The notes below the pieces were generated by a model, which worked only from the letters and a program-made list of their open reading frames with translations, was not told where the DNA came from and searched no databases. Made by a program: the position numbers and the translations under genes. DNA of 64,000 nucleotides from Squalus acanthias. Taxonomy: Eukaryota. Shown here in pieces: positions 63,523 to 64,000 of the stretch. Position 1 is the stretch's first letter. Every line of letters starts with the position of its first letter. The DNA is taken from positions 124,622,001-124,686,000 of the forward strand of contig CM059431.1 in NCBI GenBank assembly GCA_030390025.1, given 5' to 3'.

Positions 63523-64000
63523 ATGGCGACCGCGGCAGGACATTGGCAGCGAGAGAGTAATGTTTTAGACCCTGGTGCGAATAGGCGAAATGTGATGGAT
63601 GAGAGGGTAGCCGACTATGTGTTTGGGAAGGTTAACTTAACCAAAAGGTGGATAAGTGACCTGCTGATGGATAAGCGTCCGCTAGACGCCGCTATCAAAT
63701 GGACAGGCAGTAAAGAGCATAAGAAGTCGGTAGAGAAAGCGGTCTGGCTGATGTGCTACAAGAAGCAAGTCCAACTTTCGGACCAGGTCACTGTGGCACA
63801 GGCAGCTCAGATCAGGGATTTGGAAGTTGAGATGGAGGAAAAGATCACGGGAGGACAGAAACTCATTGCATCATTGAATGCGTTACATCAGGAACGCCAG
63901 ATAGTAGCCAACCACCATGAGGCAAAAATTGATTACCTAGAGTGTCAGGTCACGGAAGCGAAATTAAACGAGGGTAAGATTAGAGAACGGTGTGCCTGCC
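63523..64000 (+). CDS. gag: gag N-terminus of the second provirus (open to the window end; not in the ORF track)
   Basis: Hand translation MATAAGHWQRESNVLDPGANRRNVMDERVADYVFGKVNLTKRWISDLL...KIDYLECQVTEAKL aligns without gaps to ORF 8762-9511. Confidence 0.92.
   Translation, partial: MATAAGHWQRESNVLDPGANRRNVMDERVADYVFGKVNLTKRWISDLLMDKRPLDAAIKWTGSKEHKKSVEKAVWLMCYKKQVQLSDQVTVAQAAQIRDLEVEMEEKITGGQKLIASLNALHQERQIVANHHEAKIDYLECQVTEAKLNEGKIRERCAC
63524..63541 (+). promoter_or_regulatory. PBS, tRNA-Arg(TCG)
   Basis: TGGCGACCGCGGCAGGAC, an 18/18 complement to the tRNA-Arg(TCG) 3' end as recalled; 5 nt from the LTR. Confidence 0.88.

Overview
Repeat-saturated vertebrate DNA, most likely a cartilaginous fish (shark) judging by the CR1/L2/Deu-SINE/Harbinger repertoire; no host gene is supportable. 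The main object is a young LTR element on the minus strand (1774-11206). It has near-identical 1691-bp LTRs, a 4-bp TSD (GGGG), a tRNA-Arg(TCG) PBS containing the gag ATG, and a PPT. It has no pol. Gag (coiled coil, PSAP, capsid, CCHC) ends in a UGA-CUAG readthrough context that continues in frame into a coiled-coil/acidic ORF sitting in the pol slot. This is followed by an env with a paramyxovirus-F-like (lokiretrovirus-like) fusion module preceded by an immunoglobulin domain. Two relatives are in the same window: a solo LTR (19181-21721) and a second provirus (61780 to the window end). The rest is CR1-type and L2 LINEs, a decayed two-gene Harbinger transposon with many non-autonomous derivatives, a solo LTR of another family, a Penelope-type minimal hammerhead motif and deeply nested insertions. 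All family assignments come from motif recognition by eye; no searches were run.
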